Counted from the stretch's first letter, positions 36,311 to 49,468 are shown. The stretch: 64,000 nucleotides of DNA from Selaginella moellendorffii (GCF_000143415.4 NW_003314313.1:18418-82417), one strand, 5' to 3'. The notes: generated by a model from the sequence alone, not told the origin. Program-made: numbers and translations.

Positions 36311-37190
36311 ATACACTTTTTGGTAATGGACAAATTCAAAAAGTGCGAAATATTTGCATTTTATTAAAGCTTTTTGTAAAGAAACATGAAATTTGCTAAA
36401 GGTTTGGAACCTAACAAAATGTTGTTGAAGAATGGTCTGATAATGCTGTGATCCTTGTAACAATGTTTCTAATGCTTGTCTAACAGTATCCCAATTATCA
36501 AGATCTCCATTAGGATTAGCAGCACAATTTGCAAAATTATTTTCAATTGAGTATAAACCCAAATACTAAGACCAACGTTTAAATAATCATAAAAGCCATC
36601 ATCTACCAGTAGCAAAGTACCAAACATATGCTGACCCCTTGCAATAAGCAATGATGGTATCATAACAGTGATGGAGTTTATAATTATTTACATATTATCC
36701 TGTGTCATCACAATTGTTTCCCCAAAGTCATTTTCTTGTGTTTTTGCAAAAGAAAAAGTATAATAATTACTTTTAGTTCATCATATGTTAATGTAGTGAC
36801 ATATTTTTCAGTTTATGGTGAGAAATTTTAGTTCAAAAAAATAAACATGGTTGTTTTGTTTATTTAAGTTTTTTTAGTGGGTGGATACTTTAATATGCCT
36901 CATCAATATTTAAAAACAGGATTGTTTATTATGTCTCCAAATAAGAAAGCTTATCTTTATTTAAAATAAAATTGTGATTTAACATTATATTGAGAATATA
37001 AATAAATAGTCCACACAAACAGCAGAGGCAAAAGTTGTATTTTAAGATTACAATTAGATGAGAATTTATTATTATATTCTGGAGATAATAAACTTATATG
37101 GTCTCAAAATACTTACTGTGGAACTAAATATTATTTTGAAGATACTATTGTAATTTATTATTATATAAAACTACAGCAAAATACTTTCTA
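36311..37190. pseudogene. Decayed copy of the AT-rich GNA-lectin fusion gene: lectin half on + (~36850-37190), probable N-terminal half on - (~36790-36311)
   Basis: The + frame from 36901 reads YLKTGLFIMSPNKKAYLYLK*NCDLTLY*...SCILRLQLDENLLLYSGDNKLIWSQNTYCG...YCNLLLY. The - strand reads LKVIIILFLL / AKTQENDFGETIVMTQDNM*IIINS. Confidence 0.7.
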
Positions 37191-38343
37191 AATACCTAAA
37201 TCCTATATCTAAATGGGCTTTATATTATTGATAGAGAATAATCTTGGAAAATCTAGTTAGCTCCAAAAGTCTTTTGCAACTTAACAATAGTAAGGCTTGC
37301 TTGGTGTATATGAATACTCACTTTAAGATCCTGATGCAAGATGTTGATGAAAATGTAATACATATATTTGTAAAGAGTTTATGCTTTCCCATGTTCTTCA
37401 CACATTGTAAAGTCTAGACAAGTGTAAGAAGGAAGGTTTTGAATGACAATTATATACTCTTTAGCTTCTATTTTGACTATGTACTGATATATAAGTGTAA
37501 TGATGTACTTTGTGGAGAGAATCTAACATCTAAAAATCCAACTAAAACCTTGAACTCATACTCCAAGAGCTGTGTGGGAATAAAAGCTTTTATTCCTACA
37601 ATTCAGCCAAGACTTCAGCTAGCAGCCTAATCCACTCTTGCCCATAGTGTGGGCATATTGTACTCACTCGCTGCTCACTAGATAACCTTGCTTGTTCCAC
37701 ACGTCACTGCACTTAAATATGCCATGTCACCACATTGGCTCTATGCTGTGCTCCATTGTTTTGCCTCTCTACCTCACGCCAAGCTTCACTTGTCATTCTC
37801 CTAACTTCTCTTAACTTCCTTTCTTCTTGTCATAAACTCTTGGAATATCCTTCTTTTAAATATTCTCTAGAATCTTGTCACTTCTCCACTCCATGACTGG
37901 CCAACTCTTCAAATATTGGAAAAACAAAAGAAAATGCCATACCTTGACAATGTTTTATCATTGACAGAATCGCACACTCAAGCGTTTGAGTCAAGTTTAT
38001 TTTACCCTACTTTTGCTTGGAGATGGTACTAATAAGTTTAATTGCCTTACTTTTTTTTTGTTGACTTCCTATGCATTTTTGTGGGAATAGTCTCAATTCT
38101 ATCACTCATGTCTTCAACTCTCCTTTTAAGATTGAAACCAAATTTCTCAAAGTTTTTAATTTTATTTGACCAAGTCCCCATCCACGGCTGTGCTTACCAA
38201 CACTGCCACTGGGTCAAGGTTTAAAGGCCAGACCACTAAGTCCCACTAATTTCTGGGACTCCCTCATCATGACCATATCCTTAGTCACTACATAAGAGGG
38301 TTACTCCTCTTTTTTTCCACAGTCCAGGACTTTAGGACAATAT

Positions 38344-39222
38344 TGTCGTGAATGTAACTTCGAGTAGTGAAAGTTACTTGTCACCTAGTCCTTTTGGATA
38401 TTCTCTCCTTAGTGCCACAACGACAGGAGTTCGGTATTGTTAGACCCTTTATTAGTCTTCGCCTAAGCTAGTTGAGAAATTGGTCATCACATATGCACTT
38501 AGACCAGAAGGGCACATATGATGACCAGTTTCTCAATTTGCCCAGGAAATTGACCATTCGATCTCTTGGGGGAGCTAGAGCTGGTTCTTGAACATTTCAC
38601 CAAGCTACCCCGCTTGTCTATCTATATTCACTTTAGCCTTGGACTCTTCAATGGATATATCATCACCTAGCACGTGGGCATACTTTTCCTTGATCACACT
38701 AGCCTTTCCTAGCTAAATTAGCTCCACTAGAGTCCTCCTTGTACTATACTTTTGGAGCTTACCAAACTTCCCAGGGTCTAGGAGATGAACACTTTGGGCT
38801 TTCACCCTCAGACTCAAACTTGGACTTGGACTCAGACTTGGACTTAGACTCAGTCTCGGACTCGGACTTGGTCTTGGACTCGATCTTAAACTTGGTCTCA
38901 GTCTCGGTTTCAATCTCGGTCTCAGTCTTGGTCTTGGCCTCAGCCTTGACCTTGGATTCCATCTCCGATCCACTTCAGACTCCACCTCAGACTCCATCTC
39001 AGATCCATCTCGGACTCCATCTTGGGTCCATCTCAGACTCCATCTTAAACTGCATCTCAGGTTCATCTTGAACTCCATCTCAAACTCCATCTTAGACTCC
39101 ATCTCGAACTCCATCTCAGACTCCATCTCGGGTTCATATTGTACTCCATCTCAGACTCCATCTTGGACTCCTTTTCAGACTTCTTTTTGGACTTGTTCCT
39201 GATACTTTCATGTGTCACGACA
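38344..39222 (+). mobile_element. LTR-related segment in opposite orientation to the main element, bounded by TGTCGTGA...TCACGACA
   Basis: The first ~170 bp is a diverged reverse complement of 47035-46870. Perfect 8-bp terminal inverted repeat. No TSD seen. Confidence 0.6.
38808..39185. repeat. Degenerate 6/12-bp tandem array (GACTTG/GACTCA grading into AGACTCCATCTC)
   Basis: Directly visible periodicity; explains the spurious repetitive ORFs at 38713-39126. Confidence 0.9.
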
Positions 39223-39449
39223 CTTGCCATATGTCAATTCTTCTTGTGTCCAATTTTTAGAGACTCATTCACTGATTGCTTCAAGCTCATCTCTCGAGCA
39301 CTTTGTTTGGAATTCCACTCTTACTCTTGACTTTCTAAGTCGGAGTTTTTGGTCCAAACATGTTACATTCATTGAACTTCCGCTTTGGCCACTACTATGT
39401 GGCACCCTTTTCTACTCCACTTTGGGGCTTAGGGATTTGTGTTTCATAT

Positions 39450-42400
39450 AAAATCCATACCCAAAGAACGAATGCAAAGTCATAGCACCCAAACATATAC
39501 TCACTTAAATCATCGTTTTCATCTCTGCATATGCAATGAGACTAGTTGCCCAATCTCATTAGATAGTACTTGCTAAAACTCATTCTCTGATACTAAATAT
39601 AGCATACATGGTTTTCACCCTTTATCCTATAGTGATTTACTATAGGATAACCATGAAGTGGAGCCTAAACCCTCAATGTACCACATGTCATATAAGGACA
39701 ACAGAGTGAAACTCAAGTTTTAAGGCCTTGAGCTATTAAAAGAAGGAATGAAGCCAAACTCCCAAGCTTATAGCCAAGGAGCAAAGGAACTGGAGCATGG
39801 AGTGACTCCTAAGTTAGCATGGTATGGAACTTGGGCTTAGACCCAAGCCAAATGCAAAACAAGGATATGCACAAAAGCAAGAGTGTAGTGCATATGGTTT
39901 TTACCCTTTATCCTATGGTGATTTACCATAGGATAACACCATGAAATAGAACTTAAACCCTCTTTATGCCATGTGACACATGCCACATGTCATATGCCAC
40001 ATGTCCATAGGACAGTGGTGTGGAATCCGAGGTTCAAGGCCTTGGGCCACTGAATGAAAAAACCGTGCCAAACTCCCAAGCATGAAGCCAAGAAGTGATG
40101 GAACCGGTCCACGGAGCAACTCTCGAGTATATAGCCCAAGGAGCAAAAGGACAGGAGCCCAAAGCGATTTGGAATAGTCTTAGAGCAACTAACATCCCAT
40201 TGTTATGACCAGCATGCAAAACGGAGCCAAACGGAGTTTAGCGCTATTTTGGCATACTGGTGGCCTAATGCAAGGATATGGGTACTCCACCAACTAGCAT
40301 AGAATGGAACTTGAGCTTAGACCCAAGTCGGACGGAGAACAAGGATAGGCATGCAAGCAGGAGCTAGACTATACCTCAGATTGGTCAGCTATGCCCGACC
40401 TACCCACTATCCCAACTATACATTTGGAACCCCCCATACCCCCCCCCCCCCCCCCCCCCGAAAGCTCGAAACTTACTAAATATGGAATGGCGCTAGATTG
40501 TGAATTTGGACACGGGATAAACACCATTGTGTTCAGGCTGATCTCTACATTCCATAGATATGCCAAATGAGCAAATCTAGACACTTTCCATAAATAGTAT
40601 TTGAGACTGAATCGAGACTAACGCTTAGGGCATGATAGTGAGGGTGTTTGGCAGACACGGTAAGCTATCATCTAGCAAATATTGAGGGACCAAGCTCAAT
40701 ATCCCAACACTAGCAAGTGCAAGTCAACGAATAAGTTTCTCTAACTAGGTCAAGTATACTTGAATAAATAGACACTTAGGAATTCCTTCATTATGCTTAT
40801 TTGGTCAAGTGCACATGTGAAAACCAATTTCTCAACTAGATTAAGTGAAGACTGATAATGGGTCCAGCAATATTGACCTCCTGCCGTTATGGCAGTAAGG
40901 AAAGAGTGTCCATAAGGACTAGCCGACATATAACTTTCGATACCCGAAGTCACATTCGTGACACTCTCCCCCCCTAGGGAAGATCGACATCCTTGTCGAT
41001 GCATACTCAAGTCTACAATACCGCCAAGGAAACAACTCCAGAAAAAGTTCATGGTATTCACACTATGTGAAAAATGCACCAACTTAAATGAGTTATGAGG
41101 CAACCTCTTTGTCTAACACAGATGCGTGACCCACTCAGACACCTTCTGGCCATTGTCGACAAGGAAATGACCAACGAAGTCAGCCACCCTTGCTACTTTG
41201 GGTGTCACCCAACTTACAAAAGTGTGATACACCCTTGCCCGCAGGGACATAGAGAGAAAAGCCAGAGGCCCCAACTCTCATAAGCAAAAAAACCAAACCC
41301 ATCGGTAAGGTTTAGATAGACTATTGTAAATAGGCAATGAGAATTGTTTACACAGTCACGCCCTTTTAACAGAATAAGGAACATTGACAAAGAGGCGGGT
41401 AATGTGACCAGTCGACAGTAGCTACCCCATGACTAGAGATTTCACCATGCACATGAAGTGCTAAAGCCAATTTACTTATATTGGCCCAAACTCAAAGATC
41501 AAGAGATGGACACTATCAAAGTCATAGACAATGATATCGTAGAGTCTCAAATATCAGTGATTAAATCTTATATTAGAGCACAAAAGTATTCCAAGTAAGT
41601 TATCATCCGATAAACCAGTATTATAGTAGAGGAACCACCAAGATCATCATGTTTGGAAAACATAGGATTCACCATCCAACAAAATTCAACAACTAGTGTA
41701 TCATCAAAGAAACTCAATGATGAAATGTAATTACCAAAGATTGTAGATAGTATGCCAATCAACTTACAAAAGATAGCTCAAAGAACACAAAGTATCATTG
41801 ATTGATAAGCATAATACTCGTGAATGTATCACCCAAAGGAAATAACATCCCAATCTATCAAAAATAACTCAAGCAATGATCAACAGAACAAATGAATGTT
41901 GCAAGACCAACAAACATAACATTTATGCTAACCATCGCACGAGCCAATTTGAATAGATCCCGATCAACAATACAAAGGAACTAGAGTTGCATAAGCAAGC
42001 ATTAGCAACATCCTACTAATGTCTCAAACCCAAGAGACCAATCCAAAGAAAACCATAAAAAACATGTGGTATTGCGAAAAGTCATAAGTTATCAAAGAGA
42101 ATAACTAACTATCATGAAAGAACATCAATCATCCCATCAATAGAGAGATGTATGATCATCATCAAAGAAGGAATCCACCATCCCGAAGAACAGCAAATCA
42201 TTCTATATTAACAACAATCAAGCAAAATTTTTTGACAAGGGTAATCAATTATCTTAGATGATAGTCAATCATCACCAATGATTACTAGATACAAAAGCCA
42301 ACTTCAACATTAAAGCTAATAAGCCAAAATGCCTTCCTCGACAACTTATAATAAATGGAACAATGAGTATAAAACTCAAAGAATCAAAAGCTTGAAGAAG

Positions 42401-45400
42401 TATATAGCCAAGTCTTGCCTAATAATGATCACAAATATTGCATAAATTAATTTCAATGTTAAAGAAGAAATCATGGTATAACTCACAATATCCTTCTCAA
42501 TACATCTAGAAGCTAAACTTCATAATGCAAAGCTAATGAAGAGTATATCTGCATCAATCCAAAAGCCAAGCATAATAGAGTTATGCTCAATAAGTGATCA
42601 CTAAACCGATCCTCTATGAATCCATCTATAGCAAGACGTAACTCACTTCATAACAAGCACAAGAAGAATCATCAATGATTAATATATTCCAACTCAAATC
42701 CAATAAGGATGTAAACATCTTCAATATCAATCACTAACTTTTCATCTCGTAAAGTTAGCATTATCCACGACTAAATCACTTTTCAAGGAAAAACTAAAGC
42801 TCAACCCCTACTAAATAACCTCGTCTAGAACACAACTAACTCAAACTTACCACTCAGTTCATTTGAACATTAATATAGTTGCTAACTAGTGATTGTATGA
42901 ATGCTAATAACACAAAGCCATAACCAAATCATCAACACTATCTTCATCAAGACTGATGAAACTCAATATCAATCCTAAAGAGAGACGTCTCATTTCACAC
43001 AGATCTCAATATTAATAATATCAATGACAAGGCATCACTTCAATGCCATCAACACTATAACAAAGCTAGAAGAAAGCAAAAGTGAATCACCACTCAAAGC
43101 TCTCTAACAACTAATCTAACCAAAATCAAAGATAATATACTTAGTATCTGAGACCAATTCTTCAACAATACTTAGTTACAGATAACATATCATCAAGGAG
43201 TGATTCACCACATCCAAGACTTAATGAAATCCAACACCATAAACTAACACAACCAAATGATATTAATAGAGGAAGAATTAATATGCCAACATGGAAAACC
43301 CATGTAAGTTTAACGACACAATCCTCCGTAACACCATTCGGTAAAGTAAACCCATCATTGCTAAATCATCATCGAGTGAAACAAATGTCAAAAGCCCTTG
43401 ACAAAGTCTACAAGTAATCACTAGTCGCAAAGCAATCAACTTGCCTTCACCAAACCCAACACTAAACTCATGCCATCGAACTATATACTTGTCCAACATG
43501 AATGTAATATCTCAAGTACAAGATAAAGGTTTATGGACAAGCATGAACTAAATAACTACTTGAATCTAACTCAACCGTGATAAGCTCACAAACACGTTTT
43601 GCCAATAGCTCTGAGCATGCTTTGAAGAAGCTAGCTATACATGATTAACACTCAACCGAAACTAAAGTGAAGACTACAAGATGGACTCATATTGGTACAC
43701 AACCTCCTCATAGACAAAGATATAGTATGGGTACTAACATTTCAACCTTAAACAACTAAGTTGGACATCACTATCTTTAGCCAAGGTGTAAAGCTATCGA
43801 GACCAAATCAAGATTAATGAGAGCTCACTACTTTCATAGAGTTTAACAAAATGCAAGGTGCAACTTGCCACCAAGCATAATGTTACAGGAGAAAGGCACA
43901 AGGGTCACCTTTTTAAAAAAGTACAATGGCCATTTTTCTACACCAACTCCAGACTCTATCCAACCCAATTGCCTTAGCCCCAAAAGTCAATATCCCTTTT
44001 GGGCTGCATTATACAAACTACTTACTAAAGTTTAAGTTAACCGAAGTCAACTCCAACCCTTTCACTAATTTGTACTAGCTTACAAAAACGGAATGGTTTT
44101 CGAGCAAAGTGATCAATAGATTAACCATTGGAAAAGTCTAAGAAAATTTGTGGAAAATTTTCTATTCTAAAGAAAGAATGACTCTCAGTCTAGGAATGCA
44201 AACTTTTCAAGACTCAACCAACTTCCTCCTACTAACAATTTCATATAGGTTCATCTTAGCACAAATTCTCATGACCCAATAACATGCTTAAGCATCGAAC
44301 ATCATTGCCCATTTTTCCATCTTTAACATTAACATCTGCCAAATACAAAGTGAACATCCAAAGCTTGATCATGAAGACCACATCTTCAAAAATCCACATT
44401 GCACTAACACTTTTCTTCAACCACTTTTCAAGATTTAGTGTGAAGCCAAAACACTAATAAAAAAAATGACATGGAAAATCAAGCTCTAAGGAAAAATTCC
44501 TCATCACTCGAAGTAACAATGCCACTTCCACTAACACAAGTGCTAGTGATGTCAATGCCTCAACTACACACCTTCTCTATTCAATAATTTACTCCAAGTG
44601 TTAACAGATCAACTGATGAGCTATAGCAAATGAATGCTACAACCCTTTCCAACACTTAATGGGCAAACTTAAGGAAACAAGGTACCAACTTAAGTTTAGC
44701 ATAATAGACCACCATCGAGAATCCAGTCAAAGCTACTATAATGCGTGGACTACCTTCACTTATCAACCACTTTGGGGTTGATCATCGTTTAACCAAGCAA
44801 GTCTGTAAACACATTACTCATTATCACATGGATATGATATAAGATCACAATGACTTGATTATCAATTGAGCAACGCCACGAACAATGCTAATGTCATTAC
44901 TTCAAAGGTTTATGTGAATATCAAGTGCCAATTTGATTCGATAAAATGGAACATAAATGCTACACTTCACCGATAGAGATTTACAACACCTAACACCATT
45001 AACTTCTGTTCACAACACGGACAAGCTCATACCACTTTTTATTTGACCAAACTCAAACTAATCCAACACCAAGTTACTCAAGGAGCACTAGTAAGGTTCC
45101 CCAGAAAAGAATTGAGCATTGTAACCCAAGTCTTCCAATAGCAAGCTTAGACAAAATGGTATAATGCTTCACCACTATCCATCCCACAACTCACCATTTA
45201 CAAGACTATCATTTCCAACATGCATCAAAGTAGAGAGTTTTGATTGCATAATGTGAACACGAGTAATGAGTTAACACCTCATTGCTAATCATTTCTCCAA
45301 AAGAGAAAATGATTTACGTGTTTGATCTTTCATCCCTAACGACTCTCTTTCTGGTCTTTACTTTGACTAAACCTCAAGCTTGCTTTCGCACTGCCTTCAG

Positions 45401-47140
45401 TCTAATTTAAGAAAAGTTTATGAGAGAGCACAACAATGATTACTTAATCAATAGACTCATCCATATAGTCCTATTTGATCCACTTGTAATCATGCCTAGG
45501 AAAGATCCACTAGTGCTGTGCTAAATAGTTACGGACCAGCCTATTTGCCACACATAGCAAACCCAGGGATGGTTTACTTTCACCCATGGTACATAGAACA
45601 ACTCATGGAACCACCAATAGGCTAACATTAATCCTACCAACTCAAAGTGTAACCTTGAGTTGTTAATGTGCCTCACTCACTCGCCCAAGCTAAAACTCGT
45701 GTAAGCAAAACATCTCAATCCCTTTTATGAGCCCAAGAGCAAGCTCATATTATTATGGTACAAAAAGGTAACCAAATCCATACCTAAGGAATGATTGCAA
45801 AGCCTTTGCACCCAAACGTGTACCCACTCGAATAATCATTTTCATCTTTACGTATGCAACAAAACTAGTTGCCCAATTTCATTGGATAGTACTCATTGAG
45901 ATTCACCCTCTGATACCAAATGTAGTGCACGTGGTTTTTACCCTTTATCCTATGGTGATTTACCATAGGATAACACCACGAAGCAGAACCTAAACCCTCT
46001 TTATGCCACGTTGTCCATAGGACAGTGGTGTGGAACCCAAGGTTCAAGGCCTTGGGCCACTGAATGAAGAAATCGTGCCAAACTCCCAAGCATGAAGTGA
46101 AAAAGTGATGGAACCGGTCCACAGAGTAACTCCTGAGCATACAGCCTAAAGAGTGAAGGGACAGGAGCCCGAAGCGACTTGGAATAGTCCTAGAGCAACT
46201 AACATCCCATTGCCATGACCAGCATGCAAAATGGAGCCAAATGGAGTTTGGCACTATTTCGGCATACTGGTGGCCTAACGCAAGGATATGGGTACTCCAC
46301 CAACTAACATGGAATGGAACTTGGGTTTAGACCCAAGCCAGATGTAGAACAAAGATAGGCACACAAGCAAGAGCTAGACTATGCCTCAGGTTTGTCAGCC
46401 ATGCCCAACCTACCCACTATCCCAACTATATATTTGGAACCCCCCATATCCCCCCCTTGAGGAAAATATGCTTTGGGCTTTCTCCCCAAGCCTCCCTTAG
46501 TATCAGGAATTAATCTCTAGGACAAGCTTGAAACTTACTAAATATGGAATGGCGCTAAATTGCGAATTTGGACACGGGACAAACACCATTGTATTCAAGC
46601 CAATCTCTACATTCTGTAGATATGCCAAATGAGCAAATCTAGACACTTTCCATAAATAGCATTTGAGACTGAATCGAGACTAATACTAATGGCATGATAG
46701 CGAGGGTGTTTGGCAGACACGGTAAGCTATCATTTAGTGAATATTGAGGGACTAAGCTCAATATTGCGGGGGTTCCCAACACTAGCAAGTGCAAGTCAAC
46801 GAATGAATTTCTCTAACTAGGTCAAGTATGTTTGACTAAATAGACACTTAGGAATTCCTTCATTATGCTCATCTAGTCAAGTGCATATGCGAAGACCAAT
46901 TTCTCAACTAGCTTAGGCAGAGACTGATAACGGGTCCAACAATACCAACCTCCTGCCGTCGTGGCAGTAAGGAAAGAGTGTCCGTAAGGACTGGCCAACA
47001 AATAACTTTCGATACCCAAAGTCACATTTACGACAGAGAGCTATACTATATTATAAATCAGTTAGCCATGCGTAACCTACCCACTATCCCTACTATGCAA
47101 TTGGAACACCCCCGGCCCACCCGCCCCCACCACCCCCCAC
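39450..47140 (-). mobile_element. Older LTR element of the same family (PBS region plus LTR), split by the nested insertion
   Basis: 39452-39600 parallels 45777-45920. PBS-like CTCTGATACTA at ~39585. LTR sequence 39599-39883 resumes at 47041 (aagcaagag|ctatactat vs intact aagcaagagctagactat). Confidence 0.8.
39884..47035 (-). mobile_element. Full-length LTR retrotransposon (Ty3/gypsy-like ends, internal region without intact ORFs)
   Basis: LTRs 39884-40963 and 45921-47035, both TGT...ACA. tRNA-iMet PBS TGGTATCAGAG (45918-45908, minus strand). PPT AGGGGGGGAGAG (~40975-40964). 5-bp TSD AAGAG/GAGAG with one mismatch. Confidence 0.92.
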
Positions 47141-48562
47141 CTTGCTATTGATACGTCAATACCTATTTTGAGCTTTGGCTATGGCCTCAATTGTCTACAC
47201 CAACATTGGTGCAGCTGCTCAATACAAGTATCAACAGTTGGGACCAACACTTTGGACATCAGTTTTAATACATCTATCATACCATACTGGATTGATAAAT
47301 TTTAGTGTTTGCCCAATATTTTTAAGTTTAACCTATGCAAGTACTAGAATGTACTTGGGGCATTGCTCAGTAGCACTAGAAGCTCAATTGGCTGTTGCAA
47401 ATGCCTGGGCTCTTAGAAAAAAATGAGGCATAATCCCCTTGACAAGCTAAGAAAACCCCAAATCTGGCATGGCTAGGAAGATCAATACATGTCAATATTA
47501 AGTGCAGACATGCCATTGATGTAGGGGTTGATGTGGTGGCTGCTGTATAGGCTCAACATTGGCCTATATTGTTAATATGTAAAAAGGAGCATCATACATT
47601 TTGATTAATGTCAGCTTGAAGATGTCCTTTGAGGAAATTGCTTTTGACAAATGTATTGCTTGAGCCTATCTATAAGCCAGGTCTTTTGATAGATCCAAGA
47701 ACATTAGTGACAACAAAAGTTGTAAAAAAAGTTGATGATATTCTGTATTTTGTGAAACACCACTGAGAGCACATATAATAAGAATCTTGTAAAAAACACC
47801 TACCGGCTCACTACAAGACAAATATAAAGGCATGGGAGGTACATGTGAACCTTTCATCCTGGGCAAACTATAATTACCATTCGTCTACTCTATGGCTCTT
47901 GATCTCTTCATTGGTGGTGGTAAGCTCTCTTTCCTTTTTGCATTAGATTCTTTTACAACTGTTTTCAGTTTTCAAATGCCTAAAGTGATATTGATTTAGA
48001 GGTGACACTATTTCAAACAAGTAGAAATTATTGGGGCTCATATTGCATGAAGTATCTCACTGCTACCACTCATAACAGTTTTTGGTTGCCTCTAATACTT
48101 GTCTAGTTTGAAAGAAAAGGTGAGATTCCCTTTTTGGTTACATGTTCTGGTACCTATGACAAGATGCTAGACATGAGCTTCTCAAGTGAAATGGGTGCTA
48201 ATGTGAAGTTTTCTTTTTGTTCCTTCCATGTCATAATTAAGTTTAGTGATTTCAGTGGGACATTAGAAAAGGCTTGGCACTTGGAAGAAAAGCTACTAGC
48301 TAGTTTGATGGACTTTATTGCTTTGAACTATAATTTTAAAGGTATGACAATAAGAAAAAAATGTTTCTTTTCGTAACTCACATAACAGGTTCCTTTCTTT
48401 GATGTCCTCCAATTTGCACCTAACTAAAATCATAGGATTGAATGCAAGTCATCAAAAGAGAAGAGCCTTTGCCTACCAAATGTGCAAGTCTAGGTCCTAG
48501 GGTCATGTTATTGTTTGAGATATTAAAATAATGCAAAGGCATTATAATATGTAAAGATGACT

Positions 48563-49468
48563 TTAAATATTACATAAAACATGATGATGTGTATTAGAAT
48601 TCCATAAAACTTTATTCGGGTATTTTGCTTCATAAATGACTAAATTACAATCATTCTGAACAGTAAAATATGTTGGTAGAAAGCATTCAAGTTTAGGATG
48701 GCAATACTTATCTGAAGACCATAATACTTCTTTATTATATCTTAGAACTAAGTTTCCATTATTCTGCAATTTTAAAACACAGTTAAATATATTTTTAAAA
48801 GAATATGATGTTTCCCAAATCTTCTTATCTTTTGAATATAAAATAAGAATACAATCAATTTTTAAAATTAGTATATTTATACCATTAGGAGAGATTAGAA
48901 AGTTATCACTATAAATAATTTCATTAGAATATAAAATACTAAATTTTATTTGGCAATAAACTGAATTTATAACAAAATCAATTGTGCTTGAAGATGTTGA
49001 TAAAGAATTAGAATCATCTGTTATTAAATTATATTTTAGTAAATACTTTGTACCTTCCTTCTCAAAAGAATCTGCGCAGTTATAGTTTATATCATCAATA
49101 TAAAAAGCTAATAAATTTCGAAAACCTTGTATTAGTTTTTCACCTTTAATAGTTACACCTGTATTTTCAACAGAACAATGGTCTTTACATTGAAGAAATA
49201 CTGAAACCATTCCTTTTGAAGTACTAACTTCAGTAACATCTCCATAAGTTGCTGAATATATATCATTATATTTAATTTTATCTAGTAACTTATAAAAAGC
49301 TGTAATAATCTCACCAATATCATATATATTTAGATATCCTACTCTTCCAATTTTAGGTTTCCTTGGAGCAACAATTGTATTAAACTGTAAAAATAATATA
49401 CTTATGATAAGTATATTTTTTATTAACATAATTCTTGGAAAGTATAAGGAACAATTGAAATTTTTCAT
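48563..49468 (-). CDS. Secreted protein: signal peptide, unknown ~135-aa domain, C-terminal bulb/GNA-type mannose-binding lectin domain (likely start Met at 49429)
   Basis: Intact ~900-nt ORF despite very low GC (sampled lines 18-30%). Signal MLIKNILIISILFLQFNTIVA. Lectin repeats KIDCILILY, LQNNGNLVL and QNDCNLVIY (QxDxNxVxY), with IWET/LWSS/LWNSNT. TATA-like run at ~49553. Confidence 0.85.
   Translation of the reverse strand: MKNFNCSLYFPRIMLIKNILIISILFLQFNTIVAPRKPKIGRVGYLNIYDIGEIITAFYKLLDKIKYNDIYSATYGDVTEVSTSKGMVSVFLQCKDHCSVENTGVTIKGEKLIQGFRNLLAFYIDDINYNCADSFEKEGTKYLLKYNLITDDSNSLSTSSSTIDFVINSVYCQIKFSILYSNEIIYSDNFLISPNGINILILKIDCILILYSKDKKIWETSYSFKNIFNCVLKLQNNGNLVLRYNKEVLWSSDKYCHPKLECFLPTYFTVQNDCNLVIYEAKYPNKVLWNSNTHHHVLCNI

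Noticed and set aside
37496-37949. Possible solo LTR (TGT...ACA)
   Set aside because: No TSD and no second copy in the window to confirm it.
38713-39126. MESE/RLRP repetitive ORFs; possible CRISPR-like array
   Set aside because: Simple 6/12-bp tandem repeat with no unique spacers, in a eukaryotic context.
47175-48500. Short ORFs between the LTR element and the lectin gene
   Set aside because: Probably decayed repeat sequence; I could not assign a family.
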